Source: Lentisphaeria bacterium (GTDB taxonomy: Bacteria; Verrucomicrobiota; Lentisphaeria; Oligosphaerales; MVZH01). Taken from it: a stretch of 64,000 nt of DNA. The notes beneath the pieces are model-generated. The model worked only from the letters and a program-made list of their open reading frames with translations. It ran no database searches and was not told the DNA's origin. This document shows, one piece after another, positions 34,838-45,040 of the stretch (position 1 is the first letter of the stretch; each line of letters begins with the position of its first letter). Location: the NCBI GenBank assembly GCA_032251435.1, contig JAVVEH010000005.1, forward strand, positions 63,380 to 127,379, read 5' to 3'. Both the position numbers and the translations under genes were made by a program.

Positions 34838-35376
34838 GCTTTCTCCAGTTGATGCCGGCGCCGATCCTCGCATAGTAGAAAAAAAACCGGCGGAGTATGG
34901 TGACCCCCTCGGAGCGGATGAGTCCTCAAACCTCCGCGCCGCCGATATGGGGACCGCTCGGCGTGCGAAAAACGTGATCCCGCTGAGGACGACTGAAAGT
35001 TTAACCTCTAAGCCTTCTTTTTCAAGGTGAAAAGCAGAAATCAAACAACGGCTTCCGGCCGGTTTTTTATCACATGTCAGCGCACCTTAAGCCAGAATCG
35101 TTGATTATGGCGCTCGACGTGAGCGTTCAGATCAAAGGCTTCCGGAAAGCCTTAGTCATCCGGAACCTGAAGAAAGCCTGCGGAAACGCTCATCACTGGT
35201 GACGATAAAAAAGAACCCCGCCCGCCGGCAAAAAAGGGACTCAACCGCTTGACAAATCCCTATTGCCTGTGACATATTTAAACACGGGCAGGAAACGAGG
35301 AGACAATAATCGAATCCAACCGGCAAAACTGATATTCAGACCCGCGAATCGAAACTGGAAAGGGCTAAAAAACCGC

Positions 35377-36603
35377 ATGAGTGCTAAGATTGGCGAGTTG
35401 ACTTTTCTTCAAGAACTGGCCCCGCGATTCAAAATCCCGGCACCGGATTTTGTTGTCGAACCAGTCCCCCAGTCCGTGGTCAAACGCAAATTGGCCGACT
35501 GGGGCGGCGGGATCGTCAAGCCGGACATTCTGGCTGGCAAACGGGGCAAGGCGGGAACCGTACGCGAAGTCTCTGATTGTCACACGGCGATGTCCCTGCT
35601 TAAGACGGTCGCCGCCACCATTGTCTCCGGCAGCCAACCCCGGACCGCCTATATGGTGCAGACCGTCCCCGCCGAGTTGGAGATTTTCACCGCCATCACC
35701 TACAACTCGGCCTTTCTCGGGCCCTCGTTGACGGTCTGCATTCATGGCGGCATGGACATCGAATCCGTTCCGGAGTCCGACAAGGTGACCGTTCCGTTAA
35801 ATGTATTCCGGGGATTGAACGCCTACCAGGCCTCCGAAGCGTTGAAAAAAGCCGGTCTTGAAGAGGGGCGGCTTAACTCCAATTTGGCTCTCTCCCTCGT
35901 GAAACTTTGGGACATGTTCAGCGCGACGGGCATGCAGAGCTGTGAGATCAATCCGTGGCGGGTGACCCGCTCTGGAGATGTTTACGCGTGCGATTTTAAA
36001 GCGACATTTGACGAGAACAATGTCAAATTCCGCGGTCTGGGGTTCAGCCTGCCGGAATATCCGACCCAAACCAGCGCGTTCGAGGAAGACATGGCCGCCT
36101 GGTCGGCCGCCAGTCACCAAGGACAGGCGCATGTCGCGGAACTGGGGGGCAAGCTTATTTTGCCCATGCTCTTCGGCGGCGGCGCCAGCACGATTGTGAT
36201 TGAGACTCTGGCGCAAGCGGGCGGAGACCCGATGTTTCTCTCAGACTTTGGCGGCAATCCGCCCTATGAACGAATGAAAAAAACCGCGGAAATCTGTTTC
36301 CGCCACAAATTGGCGGAAGCGTCCCTGCTGCTGATTCTCGGGGGCAAAGCGAACAACACCCAGATTGACATCACCTTCGCAGCCATTGCCGACGCGCTTC
36401 AAGAATGGAGCGACACGCACGGCGCGCGGCGGATTCCGGTGGTTGTCGGCCGTGGTGGGCCGGGCCTGGTCCAAGGATTCGCGCGCTTGAAAAAGACCTT
36501 GGAGAATCTGGACATGCCCTATGTTTTCTTTGGCCCGGACACCCCCATCACGCTTGTGGCCGCTTACGCCGCCCGTCTGGTCAAGCATACCCATAAATCA
36601 TAA
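35377..36603 (+). CDS. aclB: ATP-citrate lyase, beta (ATP-grasp) subunit
   Basis: 408 aa from MSAKIGELTF. VKPDILAGKRGKAGTV (compare the ACL/SucC VKPDQL..RGK motif) and LFGGGASTIVIETLAQAGGDPMFLSDFGGNP (compare GGGASV.YADT..NYGEYSG). Paired with the alpha gene 95 nt downstream. Confidence 0.75.
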   Translation: MSAKIGELTFLQELAPRFKIPAPDFVVEPVPQSVVKRKLADWGGGIVKPDILAGKRGKAGTVREVSDCHTAMSLLKTVAATIVSGSQPRTAYMVQTVPAELEIFTAITYNSAFLGPSLTVCIHGGMDIESVPESDKVTVPLNVFRGLNAYQASEALKKAGLEEGRLNSNLALSLVKLWDMFSATGMQSCEINPWRVTRSGDVYACDFKATFDENNVKFRGLGFSLPEYPTQTSAFEEDMAAWSAASHQGQAHVAELGGKLILPMLFGGGASTIVIETLAQAGGDPMFLSDFGGNPPYERMKKTAEICFRHKLAEASLLLILGGKANNTQIDITFAAIADALQEWSDTHGARRIPVVVGRGGPGLVQGFARLKKTLENLDMPYVFFGPDTPITLVAAYAARLVKHTHKS

Positions 36604-36697
36604 CCAGCAGCCTTCCTGACACCTGTTTCATAATACCCGCAACGACCGGTGTCAGACACTCACAATACATTTACCAGGTTCCAACAAGAGGAATACC

Positions 36698-38773
36698 ATG
36701 ATAGCCAGATCACTGAATGGGTTGTTACGCAAGGATGACCGGGTGGCGGTATCAAATATCACCGGGCGTGAGGCATCAAAAGTCAGCGTCGTCAGCCAGC
36801 GTTACTGTGGTAATATTGTGGCGGGTTGGGCGCTGGGTAAAGCCGGCCATGTCGTTGAAGTCCCCGGCGGTAAAAATATTCCTGTTTACGGTCAGTTTGA
36901 AGAAATGATGGCGGCTCTTCCCGAGAACCGGCGGCCTAACAAGGTCATCGTCTACTCCCCGCCGGACGCGGTTTACGGGGATATCAAAGAAATCATTGAA
37001 AACAGCCAGGGATGCGTCAAAACGGTTTTTGTCATCACCGAACATGTGTCGATTGAGGTGACTGCGAAGCTGCGCCGTCTGGCGGACACCGAGGGGGTTG
37101 ACATCCTGGGCTGCAATACCCTGGGCGTGATCAACGTCCATGATCAAGTCCGGATCGGCGCGGTGGGCGGTGACGCGCCGGCTGAAACTTTCCGCAAAGG
37201 AAGCGCCTGTGTTATTTCAAATTCAGGCAACATGGTCAATACCATCGCCAGTTATCTGCAATCGGCGGGGTTGGGGATCTCCCATGGTGTGTCCACGGGC
37301 AAAGACGTGCTGGTTCTCTCGCCTCTGAAAGAGTTGCTGCCCCTGGCCATGCGGGACAGATGCACCAAACTGATTGTGCTCTATGTGGAACCTGGCGGAG
37401 TCTACGAGCAAGAAGCCATCGACGCGATCCAAAAATTGGATTATTGCAAGCCTGTCCTAGTCTATGTGGCGGGAGAATTCGCTGAAGGGATGGATGTTTC
37501 GCTCGGGCACGCCGGCGCGGTCGTCGGCGGGGCCGGAACCTCCGCTTCCGGCAAGAAAAAGCTCTTCGATGAGTATTTTGGTCTGCCGCCGTTCGACCCG
37601 GAGAATGCTAAGAAGTATCCCGAGCTGCTGGCCGGACACCGGCGGGGAATCCGGGTGAACGCCCTCCACGATCTGGTGCCGGCAGCCGCCGCGTTGATGG
37701 CGGCCAGTGGCATCAAACGGGATTTCATTCCCCTGCGGCCCTTAGCTCTGCGCCCGTGGTTTGTCGGACTCGGCGGGCTGGCCAAAGATCTGCCCCGGGA
37801 CCTGGTTCCCTATGCCGCCAATATTCCCGAACCCTACGCGAGATTGGTCAAGCAACAAGTGACATCCGGTGTCGGGCGCGTGCCCAGTCGGCAGTCCATG
37901 CGCAACACTTCCCACGCCTCCTCAAACGACGGGGCGACACCCCGTATCTATGGCCATTCACTGCTGACGCTTATGCGGGGCGGTTCTTTCGCTGAGGCCG
38001 TCCTGTTGTACTGGCTCGGACAGCCGGTGAAACACCCGTTTGAAGCCCGACTGTTCGAAATGAGTCTCATCGCCTCCCTGACTAATGGCCCCGGCACGAT
38101 TTCCGCCCAGGGGGCGAAAATGTCCGCGTCCGCCGGCAATGACCCGAACACAGCGATGATGACCACCTTGGGCTGCATGGGATCCGTGCATGGAGGCAAT
38201 GGCAAAAAGGCCGCGGAAATGCTGATCAAGGTCTTTGCGGGCACTGACTTGAAAGATCCCTATGACCGCGACGGGGCGCCTGACCTCGCACCGCTGGTGA
38301 AGAAATTTGTCAAAACCTTCAAACAACGCAAAGCGATGGCCAAAGAAGCCGGCCTGGAATACCAAAAAGTCCCGTGTGTCGGTCACCCCGTGTTCAACAC
38401 CGCGGCTGTTAACTACGACCCCAGAGAACGGGTGATCAGCCAATTTCTGGAAGATGAAGGCGTTTATAACGTGTTCCTGGACTTCTATCACCAGCTGGCC
38501 CGGGGGCTGATGGCCCAAGGCGCCACCAGTAAGACGCACGCGGTCAATGTGGACGCCGCCCTGACCTGTGTGCTGATGGGAATTGTTTGGCCGCTGCTGG
38601 TGGACAAAAAGATCACGCTGGAACGCGCCGTCGATCTGCCCATGATCGCGTTCGCTCTGGGCCGTGTCGCCGGCGGGGCTGGCGAATATCTGGATCACCG
38701 GGACAGCGGCACCGCCATGGATATGCGCGTCCCCGTCAGTGAATGCCGGTTCCTGGGACGGGACCTTGATTGA
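36698..38773 (+). CDS. aclA: ATP-citrate lyase, alpha subunit (CoA-binding + phosphohistidine + citrate-synthase-like lyase domain)
   Basis: 691 aa. N-terminal CoA-binding/Rossmann domain and ligase-CoA domain with the phosphohistidine loop VSLGHAGAVVGG. C-terminal citrate-synthase fold (LTNGPGTISAQGAKMSASAG.., VPCVGHPVFNTAAVNYDPRERV). Confidence 0.8.
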   Translation: MIARSLNGLLRKDDRVAVSNITGREASKVSVVSQRYCGNIVAGWALGKAGHVVEVPGGKNIPVYGQFEEMMAALPENRRPNKVIVYSPPDAVYGDIKEIIENSQGCVKTVFVITEHVSIEVTAKLRRLADTEGVDILGCNTLGVINVHDQVRIGAVGGDAPAETFRKGSACVISNSGNMVNTIASYLQSAGLGISHGVSTGKDVLVLSPLKELLPLAMRDRCTKLIVLYVEPGGVYEQEAIDAIQKLDYCKPVLVYVAGEFAEGMDVSLGHAGAVVGGAGTSASGKKKLFDEYFGLPPFDPENAKKYPELLAGHRRGIRVNALHDLVPAAAALMAASGIKRDFIPLRPLALRPWFVGLGGLAKDLPRDLVPYAANIPEPYARLVKQQVTSGVGRVPSRQSMRNTSHASSNDGATPRIYGHSLLTLMRGGSFAEAVLLYWLGQPVKHPFEARLFEMSLIASLTNGPGTISAQGAKMSASAGNDPNTAMMTTLGCMGSVHGGNGKKAAEMLIKVFAGTDLKDPYDRDGAPDLAPLVKKFVKTFKQRKAMAKEAGLEYQKVPCVGHPVFNTAAVNYDPRERVISQFLEDEGVYNVFLDFYHQLARGLMAQGATSKTHAVNVDAALTCVLMGIVWPLLVDKKITLERAVDLPMIAFALGRVAGGAGEYLDHRDSGTAMDMRVPVSECRFLGRDLD

Positions 38774-38916
38774 CCCACAAAATGAACGATCCATCGCATC
38801 GGTCAAAATTTAGATTGAATGGATGACGGCCGTCAAGGCCGAAGGCACCCGCCTCAACGCGATCTGACTAAGTAACTATCAGCGATTCCTCTCACCCCTC
38901 AAGTCCGGACAGCGGG

Positions 38917-41757
38917 CTACATCATCCTCTGTGAGCGGGTCTCTGGACGCTTGTTCTTTTGAAGAATATCTTGGACAATCTCGCGCACATCGGCGATGCT
39001 ATAGGGCTTCGTCAGGCAGGCCGCGAATCCGTATTCTTGATAGCGCGCCATGACTGGTGAATCTGAATAGCCGCTGGTGACAATAACCTGAGCCTCCGGA
39101 TCCATCATCACTATAGATTTCAGAATGTCCCGCCCCCCCTTGCCTCCGGGGATGGTCAGGTCCGTTATCACGAGATCAAACGGAGTTCCGTCGGCGATGG
39201 CTCGCGCATACTTATGCACGGCCTCGTCGCAATCGCCAGCCTCTTCAGCATGATGCCCGGACTTGATTAGAATTCGTGTTAACATTTTTCTGAGCGGTTC
39301 CATATCATCCACCACAAGAATTTTAGCGTCACGGGTGGCCGGGCGTTCGAGTGTCTTTTTCAGGCCGCCATCAGGACGGTCAGAAACGCGTTTTGTCGAA
39401 ACTGGCAACCTGATAATAAAGGAAGTCCCTTTGCCAAGTTCTGATTCGACCATCATCCTGCCGCCATGATTGCTGATAATCGAGTGGCAGGAGGCGAGCC
39501 CGAGGCCGCTGCCGTCCGCTTTGGTGGAAAAATACGGATCGAAGATCTTTTCGCGGATCTCTTCGGGAATCCCCGATCCTTGATCCGTAAGGGTGATTTT
39601 CACCCATTTTTCTTCCTCATTCTCCGCCCGCAGGATCACCTTGCCCCCATCCGGCATCGCCTGCTTGGCATTGATGATCAAATTGCTGATCACCTGGCTT
39701 ATCTGCCCCCGATCAGCTTCAACCGGCAACAGATCATCCGCGATAGCGGTTTCGAGTTGAATACTGGAGCCACGCAAGGAAAATCCCGCCGCCGCGGCCA
39801 GCTCCTCCTTTAATGAGATGATTTTCTTTATCGGGGCGCCCCCCTTGGCAAATGTGAGCAACTGCATGGCCAGGCCTCTGGCCGCATGCATGACATGTTC
39901 CGCATCCGTGATATACAGGTAGGCTTCATCTTCCGGCTTTATGCAGGACTTGGCGAGTTCAATGTTGCCCATCAAGCCGGTCAGTAAATTGTTGAAATCA
40001 TGCGCGATGCCTCCGGCCAGCACACCCACCGACTCCAATTTCATAAGTCGGAGCCGTTCTCGTTCACCCTTTCGTTTATCTGTCGTATCCCTGAGGACGA
40101 TGATCGTCCCCTGTTTTTCGCCTTCCTGGTTGGTGATTGGCGCGGCGACAATTTCGACATTGTGTTTTTGCTCTGACTCACCAATCAGGCGGATATGGTC
40201 AGGGAGCGCGATCAGACACGCTTCCTCCAAGGACGGCTGGATCGAACACGCATACGGGGCATGGGCGTATTCGTCGAAAAAGCGCAGCGCTTCCTCCACC
40301 GGTTTGCCGATTGCCTCTTCCCTGGAGCAGTTAATCATGGCTTCAGCCACGCTGTTTAAGAGAATGATCTCGTGCTTCTGATTGGTTGCGATCACACCGT
40401 CTGTGATCGATTGCAGCGTGACAAATAGCTGTCGCTTGTCATCATGCAGCTTTTGCAGAAGCCGCGCCTTATCGCGCAGCATGCTGTTGGCGTTTCCAGC
40501 CATTTTCACAAATTCGACGAACTTGATCTTCTTCTCGTCGATGAACACATCCTTCCCGGCGGCCAAAGCGAAACAATCGTTGAAGAAGGCCACATCCCTG
40601 CGCAAGTCGCGAAACAACACTCCCATCAGTATATAGACAACGACGACGATCGCGCTCGTTACAAGCAGGATTACAACCACCTCGCGGATGCTTTCCGCCC
40701 GGAGTTGGGCCTGCATTTTTTCGACATCCGCATCAACATCATCCAGGTAAAGCCCGGTGCCGATCAGCCACTCCCACTCGGGAACCGCCATCGCAAAAGC
40801 GATTTTGGGGCGCTCTTCGCCGGTTTCCGGGAGCCTCCACCAATAATAGCTGAACCCGCCTTCTGGATTCTCCACGACCCGGCGCAGATCTTGAAAGAGC
40901 TTGTTGCCACGCGAATCCGCGTACTCCCAATTGCTTGCGCCAACCAATTCCGGCTGATCCCCATGCGCGAGAATGTTTCCATGCAAGTCATTAATAAAAA
41001 AATACCCGTTGGCGCCATACTTGATGTTGGAGATCTCCCTCTTGAGATCCTCCCGGGTCTCCGCCTCCACATCGTCCAGATACAGCCCGGTGCCGATCAC
41101 CAGGTTATAAGGTTCAAAACGCTTCACATAGGCTATCTTGTGGTGGCTCGCGCCAGGCTTTCCCGGCATGGTCCATTTGTATTCAAAGACCCCCTCCTGC
41201 CGCTCCTTGATAAAATTGATCAAACGGGTAAAGACCGCTTTATCCTCCTTGGATTCAAACGTGGAATAATGACGATCCAGCAGGCCGGGGCGGTCAGTCA
41301 AGATGAGCATGTCGCTGTCGAGCGAGACAATAAAATAGTAGCCATGGCCCTGATCAAAACGGACAGGGCGCAACGCGGCCAGAATCATTTCCTCGATCTC
41401 AAGCCGTGACCGCTTTTCATTGAAGGTCTGGTAGAGGCTTTCCGCAGTGGAGTACGCTTGATACACCCTCTGTCGGGCAATGGCCATGGCATCCTCTTGG
41501 CAATGGGACCGGCGTTGACGAATCGATGCCACCACACGCTCCACCTCACGGCGGGTGATGCCTTTCTGCAGTTCGACATGATCGCTCCGCATCGTTTCCG
41601 CGCGCTGCTTCTGCACACGATATTTGGATACCAGGACTAACAGAATCAGGCTGAAGGCGAACAGCGCGATGACAAACACGGTGATCATCTGCGCGACGCT
41701 CACGATGCTCGGGCGCGCCTTGGTCAGAGCTGATGATAATGCGGCTTCCGGTTTCAT
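38917..41757 (-). CDS. Hybrid sensor histidine kinase (double Cache periplasmic domain - PAS - HisKA - HATPase - REC)
   Basis: 946 aa with 2 TM helices. Repeated Cache-like modules both end in ..[14 protein letters not shown] segment ([12 protein letters not shown]), H-box [13 protein letters not shown]-boxes DQGSGIPEE and GSGLGLASC, and a receiver domain ([17 protein letters not shown]). Confidence 0.9.
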   Translation of the reverse strand: MKPEAALSSALTKARPSIVSVAQMITVFVIALFAFSLILLVLVSKYRVQKQRAETMRSDHVELQKGITRREVERVVASIRQRRSHCQEDAMAIARQRVYQAYSTAESLYQTFNEKRSRLEIEEMILAALRPVRFDQGHGYYFIVSLDSDMLILTDRPGLLDRHYSTFESKEDKAVFTRLINFIKERQEGVFEYKWTMPGKPGASHHKIAYVKRFEPYNLVIGTGLYLDDVEAETREDLKREISNIKYGANGYFFINDLHGNILAHGDQPELVGASNWEYADSRGNKLFQDLRRVVENPEGGFSYYWWRLPETGEERPKIAFAMAVPEWEWLIGTGLYLDDVDADVEKMQAQLRAESIREVVVILLVTSAIVVVVYILMGVLFRDLRRDVAFFNDCFALAAGKDVFIDEKKIKFVEFVKMAGNANSMLRDKARLLQKLHDDKRQLFVTLQSITDGVIATNQKHEIILLNSVAEAMINCSREEAIGKPVEEALRFFDEYAHAPYACSIQPSLEEACLIALPDHIRLIGESEQKHNVEIVAAPITNQEGEKQGTIIVLRDTTDKRKGERERLRLMKLESVGVLAGGIAHDFNNLLTGLMGNIELAKSCIKPEDEAYLYITDAEHVMHAARGLAMQLLTFAKGGAPIKKIISLKEELAAAAGFSLRGSSIQLETAIADDLLPVEADRGQISQVISNLIINAKQAMPDGGKVILRAENEEEKWVKITLTDQGSGIPEEIREKIFDPYFSTKADGSGLGLASCHSIISNHGGRMMVESELGKGTSFIIRLPVSTKRVSDRPDGGLKKTLERPATRDAKILVVDDMEPLRKMLTRILIKSGHHAEEAGDCDEAVHKYARAIADGTPFDLVITDLTIPGGKGGRDILKSIVMMDPEAQVIVTSGYSDSPVMARYQEYGFAACLTKPYSIADVREIVQDILQKNKRPETRSQRMM

Positions 41758-43343
41758 TTGGCCAGGACGCTGATGCGGTAATAGTCGTAGTCGAGCGATT
41801 CCGGCGCGAAGGTCGTCCCCGCCAGCAGGAATTCGCCAGCGCCCCAGGCCGACGCGGTCTTCCGCTTTTTCTCAAGTTCCGTTCGAACCGCCTTCCACCC
41901 CTGGCCTTTGTCAAGCAGGCGCGAGAGTTCGCTCACCGTCTCGGTCAATGCCGGATCGTTCGCCTGGTTGCGGGCGGCCAGCGGGCCGTTACTGTGGTCA
42001 TACAGCTCGCGATCCTTGATATCGCCGGTCTTGATGTCGATCCATTCCGTGTAGCGCCAGTTGCCGGAGCGGATGGAGTAGCCCATCAGTCCCCGGCTCG
42101 GCCATTGGCTGAAGGCGGCGCTTTTCCAGGGCTGTTCGGGATTGGTCAGCAAGGGCGCCATGCTGGCGCCTTGCAGATGTTCCGGCAAGTCCAGTCCGCA
42201 AAGCTCGGCCAGTGTGGGATAGATGTCCACAAACTCGACCAGGGAAGCGGTTTTCCGGCCCTCCGCCGCCATGCCCGACGCACGGATGATCAACGGCGCG
42301 TGCGTGTCGATTTCAAAGGTTGTATGCTTGCACCACATCCCGTAGTCGCCCAGCTTCCAGCCATGGTCGCCCCAAAGGACGACAATTGTGTTGTCGGCCA
42401 GCCCGAGTCGGTCCAGCTCGTCCAGAACCTTGCCGATCATGGCGTCGGTGTAGGAGACGCAGGCGTAGTAGCCATGAATCAACTGGCGCGCGAGCTCTTC
42501 GGGCATCGGCCCCTTTTTCGGCATGCCGACATACCCGCGCAGTTCCCCCCAGTTGGTCAGCGCTTCGCCAAGCGCGCCCGCGGGCGCCAGCGGGTTGTCC
42601 GTCAGCTTGATGTCGTCTTCGGAGTACACGTCCCAATATTTCTTCGGCGCGTTGAACGGCAGGTGCGGCTTGGCGAAACCGACGGCCATGAAGAAGGGCT
42701 TGCCTTTAAGCCGGTTGAGCTCCTGGATCGCATGTTCCGCGGTCATCCCGTCGGCATACGCATTGTCCGGGACATCCGGCGCCTCGAAGGCGGGGCCCAT
42801 GCCTTTGCGTTTTTCATTGGGGTGCGTCTCCGGATATTCCCGGACGATGCGTTTGGATTCTTCATCCAGATATCCCCTGCCTTCCCATTCTCCCTTGGGT
42901 TTGAACCATGGACGGCTCCAGCCATTCTCGTAGTCGCTCTCATGATGGTAGATCTTGCCCATCGCCACGGCTTCGTACCCATTGTTCATAAAATGCTGAT
43001 TGAGCGAAAGAGCGTCCGGCACATGGGTGAACAACGCTCCGTTCTTGTAGATCCGCCCTTTGTCCGGACGATATCCGCTCAGCAGGCTGGCGCGCGACGC
43101 CATGCAGATGGCCTGCTGGCAATACGCGCGCTCGAACAGCAGACCGCCCCCCGCCAGCCGGTCGATGTTCGGCGACTTGATCTGCTCATGTCCGTAGCAG
43201 CCCAGTTGCGGCCGCAGGTCATCGACCGCAATGAACAGCACATTCGGGCGCTGCGCTTCCTGGCCCAATGACGGCAGAGCCGCCAACAGCCCGGCAGCGG
43301 CCAAACCTGTCGCAAACATCTTTCCATTGCTTGAATCGGCCAT
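41754..43343 (-). CDS. Secreted sulfatase (formylglycine-dependent, iduronate-2-sulfatase-like)
   Basis: 529 aa with a signal peptide. NVLFIAVDDLRPQLGCYG and the active-site segment CMASRASLLSG (the C-x-A-x-R variant of C-x-P-x-R), plus GDHGW. The stop overlaps the kinase start (ATGA). Confidence 0.9.
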   Translation of the reverse strand: MADSSNGKMFATGLAAAGLLAALPSLGQEAQRPNVLFIAVDDLRPQLGCYGHEQIKSPNIDRLAGGGLLFERAYCQQAICMASRASLLSGYRPDKGRIYKNGALFTHVPDALSLNQHFMNNGYEAVAMGKIYHHESDYENGWSRPWFKPKGEWEGRGYLDEESKRIVREYPETHPNEKRKGMGPAFEAPDVPDNAYADGMTAEHAIQELNRLKGKPFFMAVGFAKPHLPFNAPKKYWDVYSEDDIKLTDNPLAPAGALGEALTNWGELRGYVGMPKKGPMPEELARQLIHGYYACVSYTDAMIGKVLDELDRLGLADNTIVVLWGDHGWKLGDYGMWCKHTTFEIDTHAPLIIRASGMAAEGRKTASLVEFVDIYPTLAELCGLDLPEHLQGASMAPLLTNPEQPWKSAAFSQWPSRGLMGYSIRSGNWRYTEWIDIKTGDIKDRELYDHSNGPLAARNQANDPALTETVSELSRLLDKGQGWKAVRTELEKKRKTASAWGAGEFLLAGTTFAPESLDYDYYRISVLAK

Positions 43344-43356
43344 CGGATCTCCTTAG

Positions 43357-43951
43357 TCACACTTCTTTGGCGGCGGTTTTCTGGTCAGTCTTCTGCAGGG
43401 GCATGCGCGCCATCCTCTCTGCTGAGTTCCTGTTCGATTTCTTCAAGGGCGGGCAGCACCGACTGCGGCTCCATCCCTGTTCAATGGTCTGCCGCATGTA
43501 CCAGGCGCGGGCGGGGAGTTCCTTGACTCTTTCTATGAGCCAGACATTGTGGCCCCAGGGAATCCGAATGGCAAGCTGCTGCGCAGATTGCCGCACGAGC
43601 TCTTCCCGAGAAAGTGCCACAGCTTGTGGCATTTTTATATCCCTTTGTCCGGCAAGAGGTTCTAATTGTGCCACAGCCTGCGGCACAATTTCGCCCAGGT
43701 CTGGATACTCGCGTGCGAAGGCCAGCATGCGCTTGATATTCCGTTCCGAGAACCCCTTCACCTCGGGGCAGTTCGTTACGGATGTCCTGAGACAATCGCG
43801 GGATCACGGGATAGTCATCGCACGCCCAGACGCTTGCCTGCCACTCGGCGGCCTTGGTTTTCAGAAGATCGTGAGGGGCTTCCACCCGGATTCCTTTCGC
43901 TCGTGATTCGGTGCCGCGCCGGTTTATCGAGGCGGTGCGCACGATCCGCAT
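43357..43951 (-). pseudogene. Decayed DUF1016/YhcG-family (PDDEXK nuclease) gene
   Basis: Fragments lie in three frames. The first is ..AEWQASVWACDDYPVIPRLSQDIRNELP. The second is KGFSERNIKRMLAFAREYP..IVPQAVAQL..IPWGHNVWLIERVKELPARAWYMRQTIEQGWSRS, the DUF1016 N-domain signature. The third is LPALEEIEQELS, typical of the extreme C-terminus. The nuclease core between them is missing. Confidence 0.6.
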
Positions 43952-44089
43952 CGGTTGCTTGTGTCAGGAAAAGTAGCCTGTTCCCCTGCGAATTCAACCG
44001 TCCCCCGGGGGTTTCCGAGGGCGAAGGTGAGGAACCCTGGCGCACAGGCATCCTTGGCATCGGCTTCCGCCGCCTTGGCGTCGCCAAGC

Positions 44090-44974
44090 TCACTCCGCTT
44101 CATGCGGCCCCGGCAGCCGCGCAAGGTCCGGTTCCCCCCGCAAATAGCCGAGCGAGGCGAGGAAACGATCCATTTCCGCCACGGTCTTGGTGTAGAATTC
44201 CTGGTTCTTATAGTTGAAGAAGCCATGCGGCTGCCCCTCGTAAAGACGCAGGTCGCAGCGTCGTCCATTCTTTTCCATCAGGCGTTTGTATTCCTTGGCC
44301 GTTTCCACGGGGACGTGTTTGTCCCTCGTTCCCAAAAAGACAATCGTCGGCGGCGTGGTTGGGCCGATGTTGCGCATGGGGGAGATGTCTGTCCAGTATT
44401 CCTTGACCCGGTCATGGCCATATCCGCCGGGGCCGTTGTCGAAGACCGGATTGAACAAGACCAGGGCGGCAGGAGCCGAACTGATGGTTCGATCTTCGCC
44501 CTCTTCTTCGAAAGCCGTGGCAGTGCCCGTGGACGCCGCCACATGGCCGCCGGCCGAGCCGCCCCCCGCGGCGAGTTTTTCCGGATCAATCCCGAGTTCC
44601 GCCGCATGTCGGCGAATCCAGCGCACGGCGGATTTTCCGTCCTTCACGCACTCCCGCGGGGTCGTGCCATGCTGAGACTTTGTCCGGTATTCGGCGGAGA
44701 TCGCCACCATGCCGCGGGAGGCGAGATACTCGCAATGCGGAAAAAACTGGGTCGGCGACCCGCCGACCCAGCCGCCGCCGAAGAAAAAGACGATGGCCGG
44801 GCGCCTGTCCGACGCCTTGTGCCCCGCAGAGTTGAAGATATGCAGCTTGAGCTGTGTCTCGCCGACCGTCTTATAGACCACCGCCGCGGACGGAGTGAAC
44901 CCGCCCACATCCAGCGCGCCGACTTGGGTTGATAAAGATAGTACCGCCGCCATAAGCATCTCCAATCTAATCAT
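44090..44974 (-). CDS. Secreted alpha/beta-hydrolase esterase (BD-FAE / lipase-esterase type)
   Basis: 294 aa with a signal peptide. Oxyanion FFFGGGWVGGS and the nucleophile elbow AAGGGSAGGH. Confidence 0.8.
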   Translation of the reverse strand: MIRLEMLMAAVLSLSTQVGALDVGGFTPSAAVVYKTVGETQLKLHIFNSAGHKASDRRPAIVFFFGGGWVGGSPTQFFPHCEYLASRGMVAISAEYRTKSQHGTTPRECVKDGKSAVRWIRRHAAELGIDPEKLAAGGGSAGGHVAASTGTATAFEEEGEDRTISSAPAALVLFNPVFDNGPGGYGHDRVKEYWTDISPMRNIGPTTPPTIVFLGTRDKHVPVETAKEYKRLMEKNGRRCDLRLYEGQPHGFFNYKNQEFYTKTVAEMDRFLASLGYLRGEPDLARLPGPHEAE

Positions 44975-45040
44975 CTGTCCTATTCCTTTGATCGTCGGGC
45001 TGTCATCGGGTCATGTTTCTATCGCGACCACAGAAACCGG

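Noticed and set aside
41733-43271. 512-aa + strand ORF
   Set aside because: It is antisense to the sulfatase gene. The composition is low-information (R, G, P, A, H) and there is no recognisable domain or RBS.
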